A stretch of 57,804 bases of DNA from Alphaproteobacteria bacterium (GTDB lineage Bacteria; Pseudomonadota; Alphaproteobacteria; Reyranellales; JAQSWP01), in assembly GCA_029266575.1 (NCBI GenBank), contig JAQSWP010000001.1, positions 1-57,804 of the forward strand. The letters run 5' to 3'. The position numbers were made by a program, and so were the translations under genes. Positions within the stretch are counted from its first letter, which is position 1. Every line of letters begins with the position of its first letter. Shown in pieces: positions 17,977 to 27,693 of the stretch. The notes under the pieces were generated by a model, which searched no databases, was not told where the DNA came from, and worked only from the letters and a program-made list of their open reading frames with translations.

Positions 17977-18723
17977 CTAGCCGCGGCCGATGAAGGGCAT
18001 CTTGGTCGCCATGATGGTCATGAACTGCACATTGGAATCCAGCGACAGGCTGTCCATGTAGACCACCGCCGAGGCTACGTCGTTGACGTCCATCAGCGGC
18101 TCGACGGCGATACGCCCGTCGGCCTGCGGCACGCCGGCCTTCATGCGCTCGGTCATTTCGGTGCCGGCATTGCCGATATCGATCTGGCCGCAGGCGATAT
18201 CGTATTTGCGCCCGTCGAGCGAAGCCGACTTGGTCAGGCCGGTGACAGCGTGCTTGGTCGATGTGTAGGGCGCGGAGTTGGGCCGGGGCGCGTGGGCGGA
18301 GATCGAGCCGTTATTGATGATGCGCCCGCCGCGCGGGCTCTGGTCCTTCATCAGGCGGAAGGCTTCCTGGATGCACAAGAAGACGCCGGTGAGATTGGCA
18401 TCGACCACCGCTTTCCATTGCTCGTAGGTCAGGTCTTCCAGGTTGACCGGCGGCGCGCCCATGCCGGCGTTGTTGAACAGCAGGTCGAGCCGGCCAAAGC
18501 TCTTCTTGGTTTCGGCGAAGATCTTCTTCACGTCGTCGGGCTTGCCGACATCGCCCGGCACGATCAGCGTCTTGCCCTGTACCAATTTGGCGGTGGCTTC
18601 CAGCGGCTCGCGGCGACGCCCCGTCAGGGTGACGCTGTAGCCCGCCTTGAGCAGAGCCAGCGCCACGGCGCGGCCGATGCCCGTGCCGGCGCCTGTGACG
18701 ATTGCGATTTTTGCTGCAGCCAT
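17977..18723 (-). CDS. SDR family oxidoreductase
   Basis: [25 protein letters not shown] catalytic motif. Confidence 0.9.
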   Translation of the reverse strand: MAAAKIAIVTGAGTGIGRAVALALLKAGYSVTLTGRRREPLEATAKLVQGKTLIVPGDVGKPDDVKKIFAETKKSFGRLDLLFNNAGMGAPPVNLEDLTYEQWKAVVDANLTGVFLCIQEAFRLMKDQSPRGGRIINNGSISAHAPRPNSAPYTSTKHAVTGLTKSASLDGRKYDIACGQIDIGNAGTEMTERMKAGVPQADGRIAVEPLMDVNDVASAVVYMDSLSLDSNVQFMTIMATKMPFIGRG

Positions 18724-18775
18724 GAAACGGGTCTCCCTGTCGCTGATGGGCGACAGGGTACACGTCAGGACCGGG

Positions 18776-19561
18776 TCATTTAAAGACCGGTTCGCGCCGT
18801 TCGGCGAAGGCGGCCAGGCCTTCCTCGACATTGGCCGAGCGCAGCCCGTCGGTCACGGCCTCCAACTCGGCGTCGATGCCGGCGCGCAAGGTGCCGTCGA
18901 GCCCCTGGCGGCTCAGGGATTTCATCAAGGCGATGCCTTGCGGATTGCGTTTGCCGAGCTGGACTGCATAGGCCATCGCCTTTTCCTGCAGCTCGGCATC
19001 TTCGAACACGGCATTGGCCAGGCCCCAATCCATCGCCTGTTCGGGCAAGAGCCAGGCGCCGGAATACATCAGATCCAGCGCCCGCCGCAGGCCGACCAGC
19101 CGCGGCAGGCGCTGGGTGCCGCCCCAGCCGGGGATCAGACCGTATTGCGCATGCTGGTCGCCGAAACGAGCGGCCTTGCCGGCAAACACCACGTCGCAAG
19201 CCATGGCTAATTCCAGCCCGCCAGCCAGCGCCAGCCCATGCACCACGCCGATCACCGGCAGGCGCGAGGCTTCCATGGCGTAGAGCGCTTCATGTCCGCG
19301 TCCCAGCCAGTCCTTCAGGGTTTCGCGCTTGGCGCGCGCCGCCTTGACCTGGTCGAGATCGGCGCCGGTGCAGAAATGCTTGCCGTTGGCCTTCAGCAGC
19401 ATCACCCGCACCGACTTGTCGGCCTCGAGCTGGCGCACCGCGTCGAGCAGACCGGCTGCCAGTTCGCGCGAGATGCAGTTGAACTTGGCTGGCCGGTTCA
19501 GGGTGGCAATGCCGACCGCGCCTTGCTTGGAAACCAGAACCGGCGCTTCGCTGTCGCTCAT
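18776..19561 (-). CDS. Enoyl-CoA hydratase/isomerase (possible BadK role)
   Basis: [45 protein letters not shown]. Confidence 0.88.
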   Translation of the reverse strand: MSDSEAPVLVSKQGAVGIATLNRPAKFNCISRELAAGLLDAVRQLEADKSVRVMLLKANGKHFCTGADLDQVKAARAKRETLKDWLGRGHEALYAMEASRLPVIGVVHGLALAGGLELAMACDVVFAGKAARFGDQHAQYGLIPGWGGTQRLPRLVGLRRALDLMYSGAWLLPEQAMDWGLANAVFEDAELQEKAMAYAVQLGKRNPQGIALMKSLSRQGLDGTLRAGIDAELEAVTDGLRSANVEEGLAAFAERREPVFK

Positions 19562-19571
19562 CTGGCTCTCC

Positions 19572-20720
19572 TCAATAGGGCACCGCGACGCGGCCGACGC
19601 GCTCGCGGGCGATGATCATCTTCTGGATCTGCTCGGTGCCATCGCCGATCTGCAGGCCCATCACGTCGCGCAGGCGCTGCTGGTGCGGCAGGTCCATGCT
19701 CCAGCCGCCATGGCCATGGGTCAGCAGGCAGCGATGGATGGTCTCGAACGAGGTCTTGGGCACCCACCATTTGCACATGGCAGCTTCGGACGTGTGCGGC
19801 TTCTGCTGATCGCGCAGCCATAAAGTGCGATAGCACAGCAGGCGGCAGGCGGTGAGCAGGGTTTCGGCCTCGGCCAGCGGCTCGGTGACGCCTTGGAATT
19901 TGGCAATGGGATGGCCGAACGCCTTGCGCTCGGTGGCGTATTTCCACGTCTCCTGCAGCGACTCCCAGGCCGGCGCCAGCACCTGCAAACCTATCAATGC
20001 ACGGGAATAATCGAAGCCCTGCATGACCTGGCGGAAGCCCGCGCCTTCGTCGCCGATCTTGTACTCGGCCGGGATGCGCACGTTGTCGAAGAACACCGAG
20101 CCGCGGCCGATGATCTTCGATCCGAGATCGGTGAAGGTGGTGCGGCTGATGCCCGGCAGGTCGAACGGCACGAAGAAGCCGGTGACGCCCGAAGCGCCGG
20201 CATTGCCGGTGCGGGCCAGCAGGATGATGGAATCGGCCTGCGCCACCAGCGAGATCGAGGTCTTCTCGCCGTTCAGCACGTAGCCCTTGTTATCGCGCTC
20301 GGCCTTGAGGATCAAATTGCCGGCATCGGAGCCGCCGCGCGGCTCGGTCAATCCCAGCGCCACGAGGGATTTGCCGGCGCAAATGTCTCCTACCACCTCT
20401 TTTGCCAATTCGCGCGGCGCGTAGCGGCACAGGATAGAGCCCATCAACGAGCCCAAAAGCTGCACATAGGCGACGTTCATGTCGCCGCTGGCGATGTTCT
20501 CCATCACCAGCCCGGCGGTGATGCTGTCGGACGACAGCCCACCGAACGCTTCCGGCAGGTCGACGCCGATCAAGCCCAGCGAACCCATCTCGCGCATCAG
20601 ATCGCGCGAGATCGAAGTTTCCTTTTCGCGCGCCTGGTAGAACGGTGCGAGTTTTTCATCGGCAAAACGCCTTGCGGTGGCGCCAATCTGTTCCTGATCT
20701 TCGGTGAAGGCGAAATCCAT
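19572..20720 (-). CDS. aliB: Cyclohexanecarboxyl-CoA dehydrogenase (acyl-CoA dehydrogenase)
   Basis: LTEPRGGSDA, GEKTSIS, QVMQGFDYSRALIGLQ, EAAMCKWW.PK, QQRLRDVMGLQIGDGT; adjacent to badI. Confidence 0.82.
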   Translation of the reverse strand: MDFAFTEDQEQIGATARRFADEKLAPFYQAREKETSISRDLMREMGSLGLIGVDLPEAFGGLSSDSITAGLVMENIASGDMNVAYVQLLGSLMGSILCRYAPRELAKEVVGDICAGKSLVALGLTEPRGGSDAGNLILKAERDNKGYVLNGEKTSISLVAQADSIILLARTGNAGASGVTGFFVPFDLPGISRTTFTDLGSKIIGRGSVFFDNVRIPAEYKIGDEGAGFRQVMQGFDYSRALIGLQVLAPAWESLQETWKYATERKAFGHPIAKFQGVTEPLAEAETLLTACRLLCYRTLWLRDQQKPHTSEAAMCKWWVPKTSFETIHRCLLTHGHGGWSMDLPHQQRLRDVMGLQIGDGTEQIQKMIIARERVGRVAVPY

Positions 20721-20731
20721 CCCCTCAACCT

Positions 20732-21523
20732 CTATTTATAGAATTCGCGGAAGCGCGGCGTGCGCTTTTCGTTCAGCGCGTTGACGCCTTCCTTGGATTC
20801 CTCGGTCATGTAGTAGAGCCGCAGCGCCTGCATGCCCAAGCCCCCGATGCCGCGGATATTGTCGCTGTCGGCGTTGAAGGATTTCTTGGCGATGGCGATG
20901 GCTGTCGGGCTGCGCAGCACCAGCTCGGCGCACCAGGCATCGACTTCGGCGTCAAGCTGGTCATCGGGCACGTAGTGATTGATCAGCCCCATCTCCTTGG
21001 CTTCCTTGGCCGAGTAGCGCTTGCACATGTACCAGATCTCGCGCGCCTTCTTCTCGCCCACGACTCTGGCCAGATAGGCGGTGCCGAAACCGGGATCGAC
21101 GGAGCCCATTTTGGGACCGACCTGGCCGAAGATCGCGCTCTCCGCGGCGATGGTCATGTCGCACAAAGTCGCCAGCACGTTGCCGCCGCCGATGGCGTAA
21201 CCGCGCACCTTGGCGATCACCGGCTTGGGCACGTCGCGGATCATGCTCTGGAATTCCTCGATCGGCATGCCGATGGTGCCGCGCGTGCTGCCATCGCCAT
21301 ACTGGCCGCTGTGATCGGACTGGTCGCCGCCGGTGCAGAAAGCCTTGCCGCCAGCGCCGGTCAGCACGATGGCGCCGATGCTGGTGTCCCAGCCGGCTTT
21401 CATGAAGGCGTCGAGCATCTCGACGCAGGTGCGCGGACGGAAGGCGTTGTAGACCTTGGGGCGGTTGATGGTGACGGTGGCGACGGCGTTCTTCACGTCG
21501 TACAGGATGTCTTCGTATGTCAT
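20732..21523 (-). CDS. badI: 2-ketocyclohexanecarboxyl-CoA hydrolase
   Basis: MenB-like crotonase: AFCTGGDQS, RGTIGMPIEE, QVGPKMGSVDPGFGT, VGEKKAREIWY. Confidence 0.85.
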   Translation of the reverse strand: MTYEDILYDVKNAVATVTINRPKVYNAFRPRTCVEMLDAFMKAGWDTSIGAIVLTGAGGKAFCTGGDQSDHSGQYGDGSTRGTIGMPIEEFQSMIRDVPKPVIAKVRGYAIGGGNVLATLCDMTIAAESAIFGQVGPKMGSVDPGFGTAYLARVVGEKKAREIWYMCKRYSAKEAKEMGLINHYVPDDQLDAEVDAWCAELVLRSPTAIAIAKKSFNADSDNIRGIGGLGMQALRLYYMTEESKEGVNALNEKRTPRFREFYK

Positions 21524-21580
21524 GCTCGTTCCCGCCCGCGAGGCGCTCCTTTGTCAAACCGGTTGGCAGAAGCTTTTCTA

Positions 21581-21596
21581 TCGAATAGTAGTTAGA
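21581..21596. promoter_or_regulatory. Degenerate TCTAAC-N4-GTTAGA operator in the badI/tetR divergent region
   Basis: TCGAAT-AGTA-GTTAGA matches 10 of 12 arm positions of the perfect site at 23147. Confidence 0.45.
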
Positions 21597-21613
21597 CAAA
21601 TTACGGGGACGCA

Positions 21614-22264
21614 ATGCCCAAGACCAGCGCCGTTTTGGCCACCGAATCGGTCCGCCAGCCGGCGAAATCAACCGCCACCAGGCGGAAGATTCTCGATGCC
21701 GCCGCCCGCACCTTCCGCGACAAGGGCTATGCCGCCACCACCTTGAACGACATCGCCGATGCGGCCGAAATCCGCGCCGCCAGCCTCTATTACTATTTCC
21801 GCTCCAAGGAAGATTTGCTCGAGGCGGTGTTCGGCATCGGCATGCAGCGCGTGGTCGATGCCGTGCGGCAACGCTCGGCCGCTCTGCCGGCGAACGCCAC
21901 GCTCGCCCAGCGCATCGAGGTCGCGATCGAGGCGCATCTGGAGATGCTGCTGCAGCAGGGCGACTACACCTCGGCCAATATCCGCATCTTCGGTCAGGTG
22001 CCGAAATCGGTGCAGCGCAAGCAATTGCCGCTGCGCCAGGACTATGCCGAATTCTGGCGCGAGCTGCTAGAGACGGCGCAACGCAGCGGCGAGATCCGCC
22101 CCGAGATCGATCTTGGCATCATGCGCATGCTGATCTTTGGCGCGCTGAACTGGTGCACCGAATGGGCCGATCCCAAGAAGGGCCCGGTGCGCGAGATCGC
22201 CCGTCAAGCCTGCCTGCTGGTGCTGAACGGCATTGCCGCAGAGGGCAAGCTGCGCAAAAAATAG
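21614..22264 (+). CDS. TetR/AcrR family transcriptional regulator
   Basis: ILDAAARTFRDKGYAATTLNDIADAAEIRAASLYYYFRSKEDL HTH. Confidence 0.93.
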   Translation: MPKTSAVLATESVRQPAKSTATRRKILDAAARTFRDKGYAATTLNDIADAAEIRAASLYYYFRSKEDLLEAVFGIGMQRVVDAVRQRSAALPANATLAQRIEVAIEAHLEMLLQQGDYTSANIRIFGQVPKSVQRKQLPLRQDYAEFWRELLETAQRSGEIRPEIDLGIMRMLIFGALNWCTEWADPKKGPVREIARQACLLVLNGIAAEGKLRKK

Positions 22265-22265
22265 T

Positions 22266-23123
22266 TCAGGCGATCTTGAAATAGTCGGGCCGGCCGGACG
22301 ACCAGAAATCGCCCCACATCTGCTGCCCGCCATCGATGGTCAGCATCTCGCCAGTGATGAATTTGCCCGACGGCGCCGCCAAATAGACGCACGCCTCGGC
22401 CACGTCCCAGACATCGCCCGGCCGGCGCATGGGATTGCTTTCCGAGAAAGTGCGGCGGCCTTCTTCGGTGTATTGCGCGAAGCCGCTGCTCTCCACCGCG
22501 CCGACACCCAGGCAATTAACGCGAATGTTCAGGGGCGCCCATTCGACCGCCACGGTTTTGGAAGCGTAGATCACGCCCGCCCGCGCGCCGGTCGAATGCG
22601 CCATGCCGGGCAGGCCGCGGGCGATGGTGGCGGTGATGTTGACGATGTTGCCTTCGCGCTTGGCATCGCGCCAATGGCGGGCGGCGTTCTGCATCATGTA
22701 CCAGGTGCCGTTGAGGTTGGTGTCGACCACCGCGTTCCAGCCCTTGACGCTGAAATCGATGGCCGCTTGCGCGAACTGGCCGCCGGCATTGTTGATCATC
22801 ACGTCGATGCCGCCCCAGTCGTCGAAGCAGCGGTCGATAAACTTGCCGACGTTTTCCGCCTCGCGGATGTTAAGCGTATCGCCATGAACCTTGGCACCGG
22901 TGCGCTTGAGAAACTCGACGGCCTCGGCGAGTTTCTCGGGCTTACGCCCACAAACGATAAGATCGGCGCCCAGCCGGCCGAACAGAGCTGCCGTCGCCTT
23001 GCCAAGGCCGGAACCGGCGCCCGAGACCAGCACGGTCTTGCCCTTGAAAAGATTCGGGGCATAGACGGTCGGATGGCTCAGCAGCTTCTCGTCGGTGAAG
23101 CCGAAATCGGACGGGCTGGGCAT
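22266..23123 (-). CDS. SDR oxidoreductase (2,4-dienoyl/enoyl-CoA reductase-like)
   Basis: SGAGSGLG, NNAGGQF, MAHSTGARAG, AVEWAP..IRVN, TGEMLTIDGG. Confidence 0.87.
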   Translation of the reverse strand: MPSPSDFGFTDEKLLSHPTVYAPNLFKGKTVLVSGAGSGLGKATAALFGRLGADLIVCGRKPEKLAEAVEFLKRTGAKVHGDTLNIREAENVGKFIDRCFDDWGGIDVMINNAGGQFAQAAIDFSVKGWNAVVDTNLNGTWYMMQNAARHWRDAKREGNIVNITATIARGLPGMAHSTGARAGVIYASKTVAVEWAPLNIRVNCLGVGAVESSGFAQYTEEGRRTFSESNPMRRPGDVWDVAEACVYLAAPSGKFITGEMLTIDGGQQMWGDFWSSGRPDYFKIA

Positions 23124-23146
23124 GGCTACTCCTCAACGACGCGGTT

Positions 23147-23164
23147 ATCTAACGAGTGTTAGAT
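23147..23164. promoter_or_regulatory. Candidate TetR operator
   Basis: ATCTAAC-GAGT-GTTAGAT perfect 7-bp arms, 23 nt upstream of the SDR start. Confidence 0.6.
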
Positions 23165-23197
23165 TTTTGCATCGTGGAGGAGCGGCCGCAAGCGCCT

Positions 23198-23587
23198 CTA
23201 CCCCACCACTTTGATATAGGTGTCCTTGCGCAGGATTTTCTGGCCGCGGAAGGTGTAGATGTCGACGCCGAGCCATTCCTGCTTCTCGCCGTTGCTCAGC
23301 GTGGCGGTGCGGTGCCATTCGGTGATGCCGCGATTGCCGATGACGTATTCGGCGGTGTGGCGCCATTTGATGTCGGCGCTGCCGGCGAACAGGCCGGTGA
23401 AGAATTTTCTGATCTCGCCCTTGCCCTTGTAGCTCTTGCCCCAGATATCGGGGCCTTTGGCGTTGCGAAACTCGCCATCCTCGGCGAAGGAATCGACGAT
23501 GCCGTCCACGTCGCGATTGGCGAAAGCCGCGCCGATCCTGCGGATTGTCTCGAGGCTGACCGGTTCGCCGGTTTCGATATGGTCCAT
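23198..23587 (-). CDS. NTF2/SnoaL-like domain protein
   Basis: AFANRDVDGIVDSFAEDG, GNRGITEW, GVDIYTFRG.KI.RKDTY; GGAGG RBS before ATG 23587. Confidence 0.82.
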   Translation of the reverse strand: MDHIETGEPVSLETIRRIGAAFANRDVDGIVDSFAEDGEFRNAKGPDIWGKSYKGKGEIRKFFTGLFAGSADIKWRHTAEYVIGNRGITEWHRTATLSNGEKQEWLGVDIYTFRGQKILRKDTYIKVVG

Positions 23588-23624
23588 GGTTTCCTCCTGC
23601 GAAGATGCCGTTAGTATGGGCCCG

Positions 23625-24095
23625 ATGTCCGCCCGTAAACAATTGCTGATCGTGGCCCACACGCCCTCGCCCAACACCGAGCGGCTGCGCGACGCCGTGA
23701 TCGAAGGCGCATCCTCGGCGGAGACTTCCGGTATCGACGTGGCGTTTGTCGCCGCCTTGCAGGCCAGGCCGCAGGATGTGCTGCGCGCCTCGGCCATCAT
23801 TGTCGGCACCACGGAAAACCTCGGCTACATGAGCGGCGGGCTGAAGGATTTCTTCGACCGCATCTACTATCCCTGCCTTGAGCAGACCCAAGGCCTGCCC
23901 TTCGCCGCCTGGATCCGGGCCGGCAGCGACGGCACCGGCACCAGCCGGGGCATCGAGACCATCACCACCGGCTTGCGCTGGCGTGCCGTGCAGGAGCCGC
24001 TGATCATGAAAGGCGAATGGCGCGAAGAGTTCGTCGAACAGTGCCGCGAGCTGGGACTGGCAATGGCGGCGGGGCTTGAAGCAGGCGTGTTCTAG
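23625..24095 (+). CDS. Flavodoxin family protein
   Basis: LLIVAHTPSPNT, GTTENLGYMSGGLKDFFDR.YYP, AGSDGTG. Confidence 0.85.
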   Translation: MSARKQLLIVAHTPSPNTERLRDAVIEGASSAETSGIDVAFVAALQARPQDVLRASAIIVGTTENLGYMSGGLKDFFDRIYYPCLEQTQGLPFAAWIRAGSDGTGTSRGIETITTGLRWRAVQEPLIMKGEWREEFVEQCRELGLAMAAGLEAGVF

Positions 24096-24823
24096 AGGAT
24101 CAGCCCGCCATCGACCGGGATGGTCTGGCCCACGACATAGGCGGAAAGATCCGACGCCAGGAACAGCGCCACACCGGCCATATCCTGTGGCGTGCCCAGC
24201 CGGTGCAGCGGGATGCGTTCGAGCGTACCTTGCAGGCGCTGCGGATTGCTGGTGGTGACCTTGGTCATCTTGGTGTCGACCAGGCCCGGCGCGATCCCGT
24301 TGACGCGAATGCCGTCCACCGCCCAGGCCTCGCCCAACGTGCGGGTCAGGCCGAGCGCTCCGGTCTTGGACGCGTTGTAGGCCGGATTGCCCTTGGTGGA
24401 ATGGTAGGCGGCGGTCGAGGAGATGATGATCAGCTTGCCCTTGGCAGCGCACAGCGCCTTGTAGAACTTGGCGGCGCAGGCCATCAGGCTGTTGAGATTG
24501 ACGTCGATGACTTGCTGGAAGCCTTCGATCTCGAACTCGGCGCGCTTGTAGAGCACCTGGCCCTGCGACAGCACCAGCACGTCAAGCCTGTCGAGATCGG
24601 GTTGGCGCTTGATGGCGTCGAAATCGCCGACATCGACCTGGGCGTAGGACAAGCCCGCCATGTCGCTGCCGTCGTCCTTCTTGTAGTCCGACGCTTGCGT
24701 GCGCGTGCCCCAGACCGCGACCTTGGCGCCGCGAGCGCGGAAGGCCTGGGCGATACCATTGCCGATGCCGCTCGAGCCGCCCACCACCAGCACGCTCTTG
24801 CCGCTGAAATCGAGCTCCTTCAT
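24092..24823 (-). CDS. SDR family oxidoreductase
   Basis: VGGSSGIG, YNASK, IRVNGIAPG, GQTIPVDGG. Confidence 0.9.
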   Translation of the reverse strand: MKELDFSGKSVLVVGGSSGIGNGIAQAFRARGAKVAVWGTRTQASDYKKDDGSDMAGLSYAQVDVGDFDAIKRQPDLDRLDVLVLSQGQVLYKRAEFEIEGFQQVIDVNLNSLMACAAKFYKALCAAKGKLIIISSTAAYHSTKGNPAYNASKTGALGLTRTLGEAWAVDGIRVNGIAPGLVDTKMTKVTTSNPQRLQGTLERIPLHRLGTPQDMAGVALFLASDLSAYVVGQTIPVDGGLIL

Positions 24824-24836
24824 GGCACCCTCCCGT

Positions 24837-26771
24837 TCAGGCGGCGATTCGCGGTCCGCCATCCTTGCGCTGCACGACATAGTCGCGCAAATCGGCCCTG
24901 GAAGTCATCTTCCAGTAATCGACCAGCCGCCACGGCGAATTGGCGATCACCCGGCCCTTCGCATTCTTGTACCAGTTGCTCATGCCGCCATGGGTCCACA
25001 CCATGCGCTCATGCGCGGCATCGACCCTGGCGTTGTAGTCGTCGTGCACGTCAGCGCGGACTTCGACCGCGGCCAGGTTGTCCGCCATCATGTGGTGCAA
25101 CAGATCCATGATGTAGCGGATCTGGCATTCGGCGTGGAAGATGGCGCTGCCGCCATGCCCCAGATTGGTGTTGGGCCCGTACATGATGAAGAGATTGGGG
25201 AAGTCGGGCACCGTGACGCCGAGATAGGCGCGCGGATCGTCCTCGCCCCAGACATCGCGCAGGGAACGGCCGCTCTTTCCTTTGATCTCCATCGGCCACA
25301 GCATGCGCCCGGCCTGGAAACCAGTGGCCAGCACGATCACGTCGGCTGGATGCTTGTTGCCGTCCTTGGTGACGACGCCATCGGCTTCAACGTGATCGAT
25401 ATGGTCGGTGACCAACTCGACATTGTCGCGTGTCAGCATCTTGTACCAGTGATTGTCGATCAGGATGCGCTTGCCATAGGGCGGATAGTTGGGCACCACC
25501 TTGGGCAGTAGGTCCTTGCGCTCGCCGACTTCGCGCTCGATATGGCGCACCATGTTGATGCGATAGCGCTCGTTGGTGGCGTTGAGCGATTGCGCCGGCC
25601 TGTCCCAGCTCGGGTCTTTCTGCAGCGCCGGCCACAGCCCGTCGGCGAAACCCCAGAAGAGCTGGAAGCGATACCACTGCACGTAAAAGGGGATGTGGCG
25701 CAGCACCCATTTCTTCTCGTCCTTCACCGAGCGATGGTAGTTGGGATTGGGGACCACCCAGTGCGGCGAGCGCTGGAAGATCGACAGCTTCTCGACCAGC
25801 GGCGCGATGGTGGGGCCGACCTGCATGCCCGAAGCGCCAGTGCCGATCATGGCGACGTTCTTGCCGGCGATGTCGGCCGAGTGATCCCACTTGCCGGTAT
25901 GGAAGGCCGGGCCTTTGAACGTTTCCAGCCCGGCGATCTTCGGCACCGACGGCCGATTCAACTGACCGACGGCGGAGATCAGCGCGTTGGCCTCGATGTT
26001 TTCTTCCGTGCCGTCCTGGCGTTTGGCACGCAGTTTCCACGTCTGGCGCGCCTCATCGTACTGCGCAGAGGTGACTTCGGTATTGAAGCGGATGTGGCGG
26101 CGCAGATCGTGCTTGTCGGCCAGGCGCTCGAAGTACTGCCACAGCGCATCGCGCTTGGAGAAGAAATGCGTCCAGTCGTGGAACAGTTCGAACGAGAACG
26201 AATAGAAATGATTGGGCGTATCGACGCCGCAGCCAGGATAGAAGTTCTCGTACCAGGTGCCGCCGACGGTGGCGTTCTTCTCGAAGATGGTGAAGGGGAT
26301 GCCCGCTTGCTGGAGCTTGATCGCCATGCCGATGCCCGACATGCCGGCCCCGACGATGGCGACGGAGAAATCGCGGTCCGCCGGCTTGCGCCATTGCCGC
26401 TCCTTCTCGCCGCCATCGACGGAAGATTGCTCCAGCAGCATCGGCGCGTATTCGTCCGGGATCGCCTGACCGGCGGCCAGGGCCATCATGGTCTGCAGCA
26501 GTTCAGGTTTGGGCGGCGGCGGCAGCGCGCGGCCGGCAGCGGCATAATCTTTCAAGGTCGCGATCAGCCGCTCGCGCGTTTCGGCTTTCAACTCGGGCGG
26601 AATGTTTTCCGAGTAGTCCCACGGACCGTTGACGTGGGGGCGCAGGCGTTCGAGAAACTCGCCGTCGCCGGCAAGCTGCGCCTGCGACAGCGCCAACGGC
26701 ACGGTGTCGGCGACCGCCAAAGCTGCCCGCAGCGTGGCTTCGTCGGAAACTATCTCTTTGAAATCAAACAT
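24837..26771 (-). CDS. Type I Baeyer-Villiger monooxygenase with N-terminal extension (4-hydroxyacetophenone monooxygenase-like)
   Basis: GAGMSG, GGTWYENFYPG, BVMO fingerprint FKGPAFHTGKWD, GTGASG, ATGF; long N-terminal extension before the FAD motif. Confidence 0.88.
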   Translation of the reverse strand: MFDFKEIVSDEATLRAALAVADTVPLALSQAQLAGDGEFLERLRPHVNGPWDYSENIPPELKAETRERLIATLKDYAAAGRALPPPPKPELLQTMMALAAGQAIPDEYAPMLLEQSSVDGGEKERQWRKPADRDFSVAIVGAGMSGIGMAIKLQQAGIPFTIFEKNATVGGTWYENFYPGCGVDTPNHFYSFSFELFHDWTHFFSKRDALWQYFERLADKHDLRRHIRFNTEVTSAQYDEARQTWKLRAKRQDGTEENIEANALISAVGQLNRPSVPKIAGLETFKGPAFHTGKWDHSADIAGKNVAMIGTGASGMQVGPTIAPLVEKLSIFQRSPHWVVPNPNYHRSVKDEKKWVLRHIPFYVQWYRFQLFWGFADGLWPALQKDPSWDRPAQSLNATNERYRINMVRHIEREVGERKDLLPKVVPNYPPYGKRILIDNHWYKMLTRDNVELVTDHIDHVEADGVVTKDGNKHPADVIVLATGFQAGRMLWPMEIKGKSGRSLRDVWGEDDPRAYLGVTVPDFPNLFIMYGPNTNLGHGGSAIFHAECQIRYIMDLLHHMMADNLAAVEVRADVHDDYNARVDAAHERMVWTHGGMSNWYKNAKGRVIANSPWRLVDYWKMTSRADLRDYVVQRKDGGPRIAA

Positions 26772-26832
26772 GTTTATTACGCTCCGCGATCCTACGGTAG
26801 ACGAGGCCACGGCGAACCTATGCACCAGCAGG

Positions 26833-26846
26833 TAAACGAGCGTTTA
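26833..26846. promoter_or_regulatory. Candidate operator palindrome upstream of the BVMO
   Basis: TAAACG-AG-CGTTTA in an AT-rich intergenic stretch. Confidence 0.45.
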
Positions 26847-26866
26847 TATAAAAAAGCGCCGCGAGT

Positions 26867-27679
26867 CTAGAACCGCGGTTGCGCGTCCAGCCGCGCCACG
26901 ATGCCCTTCAGTTCCGCGCGCGGGGCATCGTAACGCTCCAGCACCAGCGGATCGTGGCCGGGAATGACGTTGTTCTTCTCGCTCGCCAGGCGATGGACGA
27001 AGCGATGGCCTTCCAGCATGTCGGCGACGTTGAACACGATGGGGAACGGGCGGCTCTGCTCCATGTTGGCGTAGTAGTGGCTGGCATCGGATGCCAGCAC
27101 CATCCAGCCGCGCCGCGTCCATATCCGCACCACCTGCAGGCCCATGGTGTGGCCGCCGACGTGGTGCACGCTCAGGCCGGGCGCGATCTGCGACACGCCG
27201 TCATGGAATTGCACGCGGCCCTCGAACACCTTGCGCACCATGGAGGTAACGTCTTCCACCGCATAGGCATGGCGCAGCGAGGCATGGCACATGCAGCGGC
27301 CGGTGCCGTATTGCATCTCCTTGTCCTGCAGATGATAGCGCGCCCTGGGGAAGAGATCGTTGTTGCCGGCGTGATCGTAGTGCAGATGGGTGATGATGAC
27401 ATTGTCGATCGACGCCGGATCGATATCGAGCTTGCGCAAGCCCTCGCCCACCGGGCAGAGAATCTTGCGCTGCCGCCGAGCTGCCATGGCCTCGTCGAAG
27501 CCGCTATCGACCACGAAGGTGCCGTTCGGCCCGCGCACCACCCAGACGAAGAAATCCAGCGGCATCGGTGGATCGTCGTGCGGGTCATGGCCGCCGATGA
27601 AATTCTCGCTGGTGCGACGCTCCTCATGGCGGGCGTAGCGGATGGCATAGACCTCGTAGGGCTGCAAGGTGTCGGCCAT
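26867..27679 (-). CDS. Metallo-beta-lactamase fold hydrolase (AHL-lactonase family)
   Basis: THLHYDHAG, GGHTMG, LASDASH, PGHDP. Confidence 0.88.
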   Translation of the reverse strand: MADTLQPYEVYAIRYARHEERRTSENFIGGHDPHDDPPMPLDFFVWVVRGPNGTFVVDSGFDEAMAARRQRKILCPVGEGLRKLDIDPASIDNVIITHLHYDHAGNNDLFPRARYHLQDKEMQYGTGRCMCHASLRHAYAVEDVTSMVRKVFEGRVQFHDGVSQIAPGLSVHHVGGHTMGLQVVRIWTRRGWMVLASDASHYYANMEQSRPFPIVFNVADMLEGHRFVHRLASEKNNVIPGHDPLVLERYDAPRAELKGIVARLDAQPRF

Positions 27680-27693
27680 GGCAAATCTCTCCT

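Noticed and set aside
26867-27679. Antibiotic-resistance beta-lactamase or dedicated quorum-quenching enzyme
   Set aside because: No signal peptide and it sits in a catabolic operon; the HxHxDH fold alone does not specify the substrate
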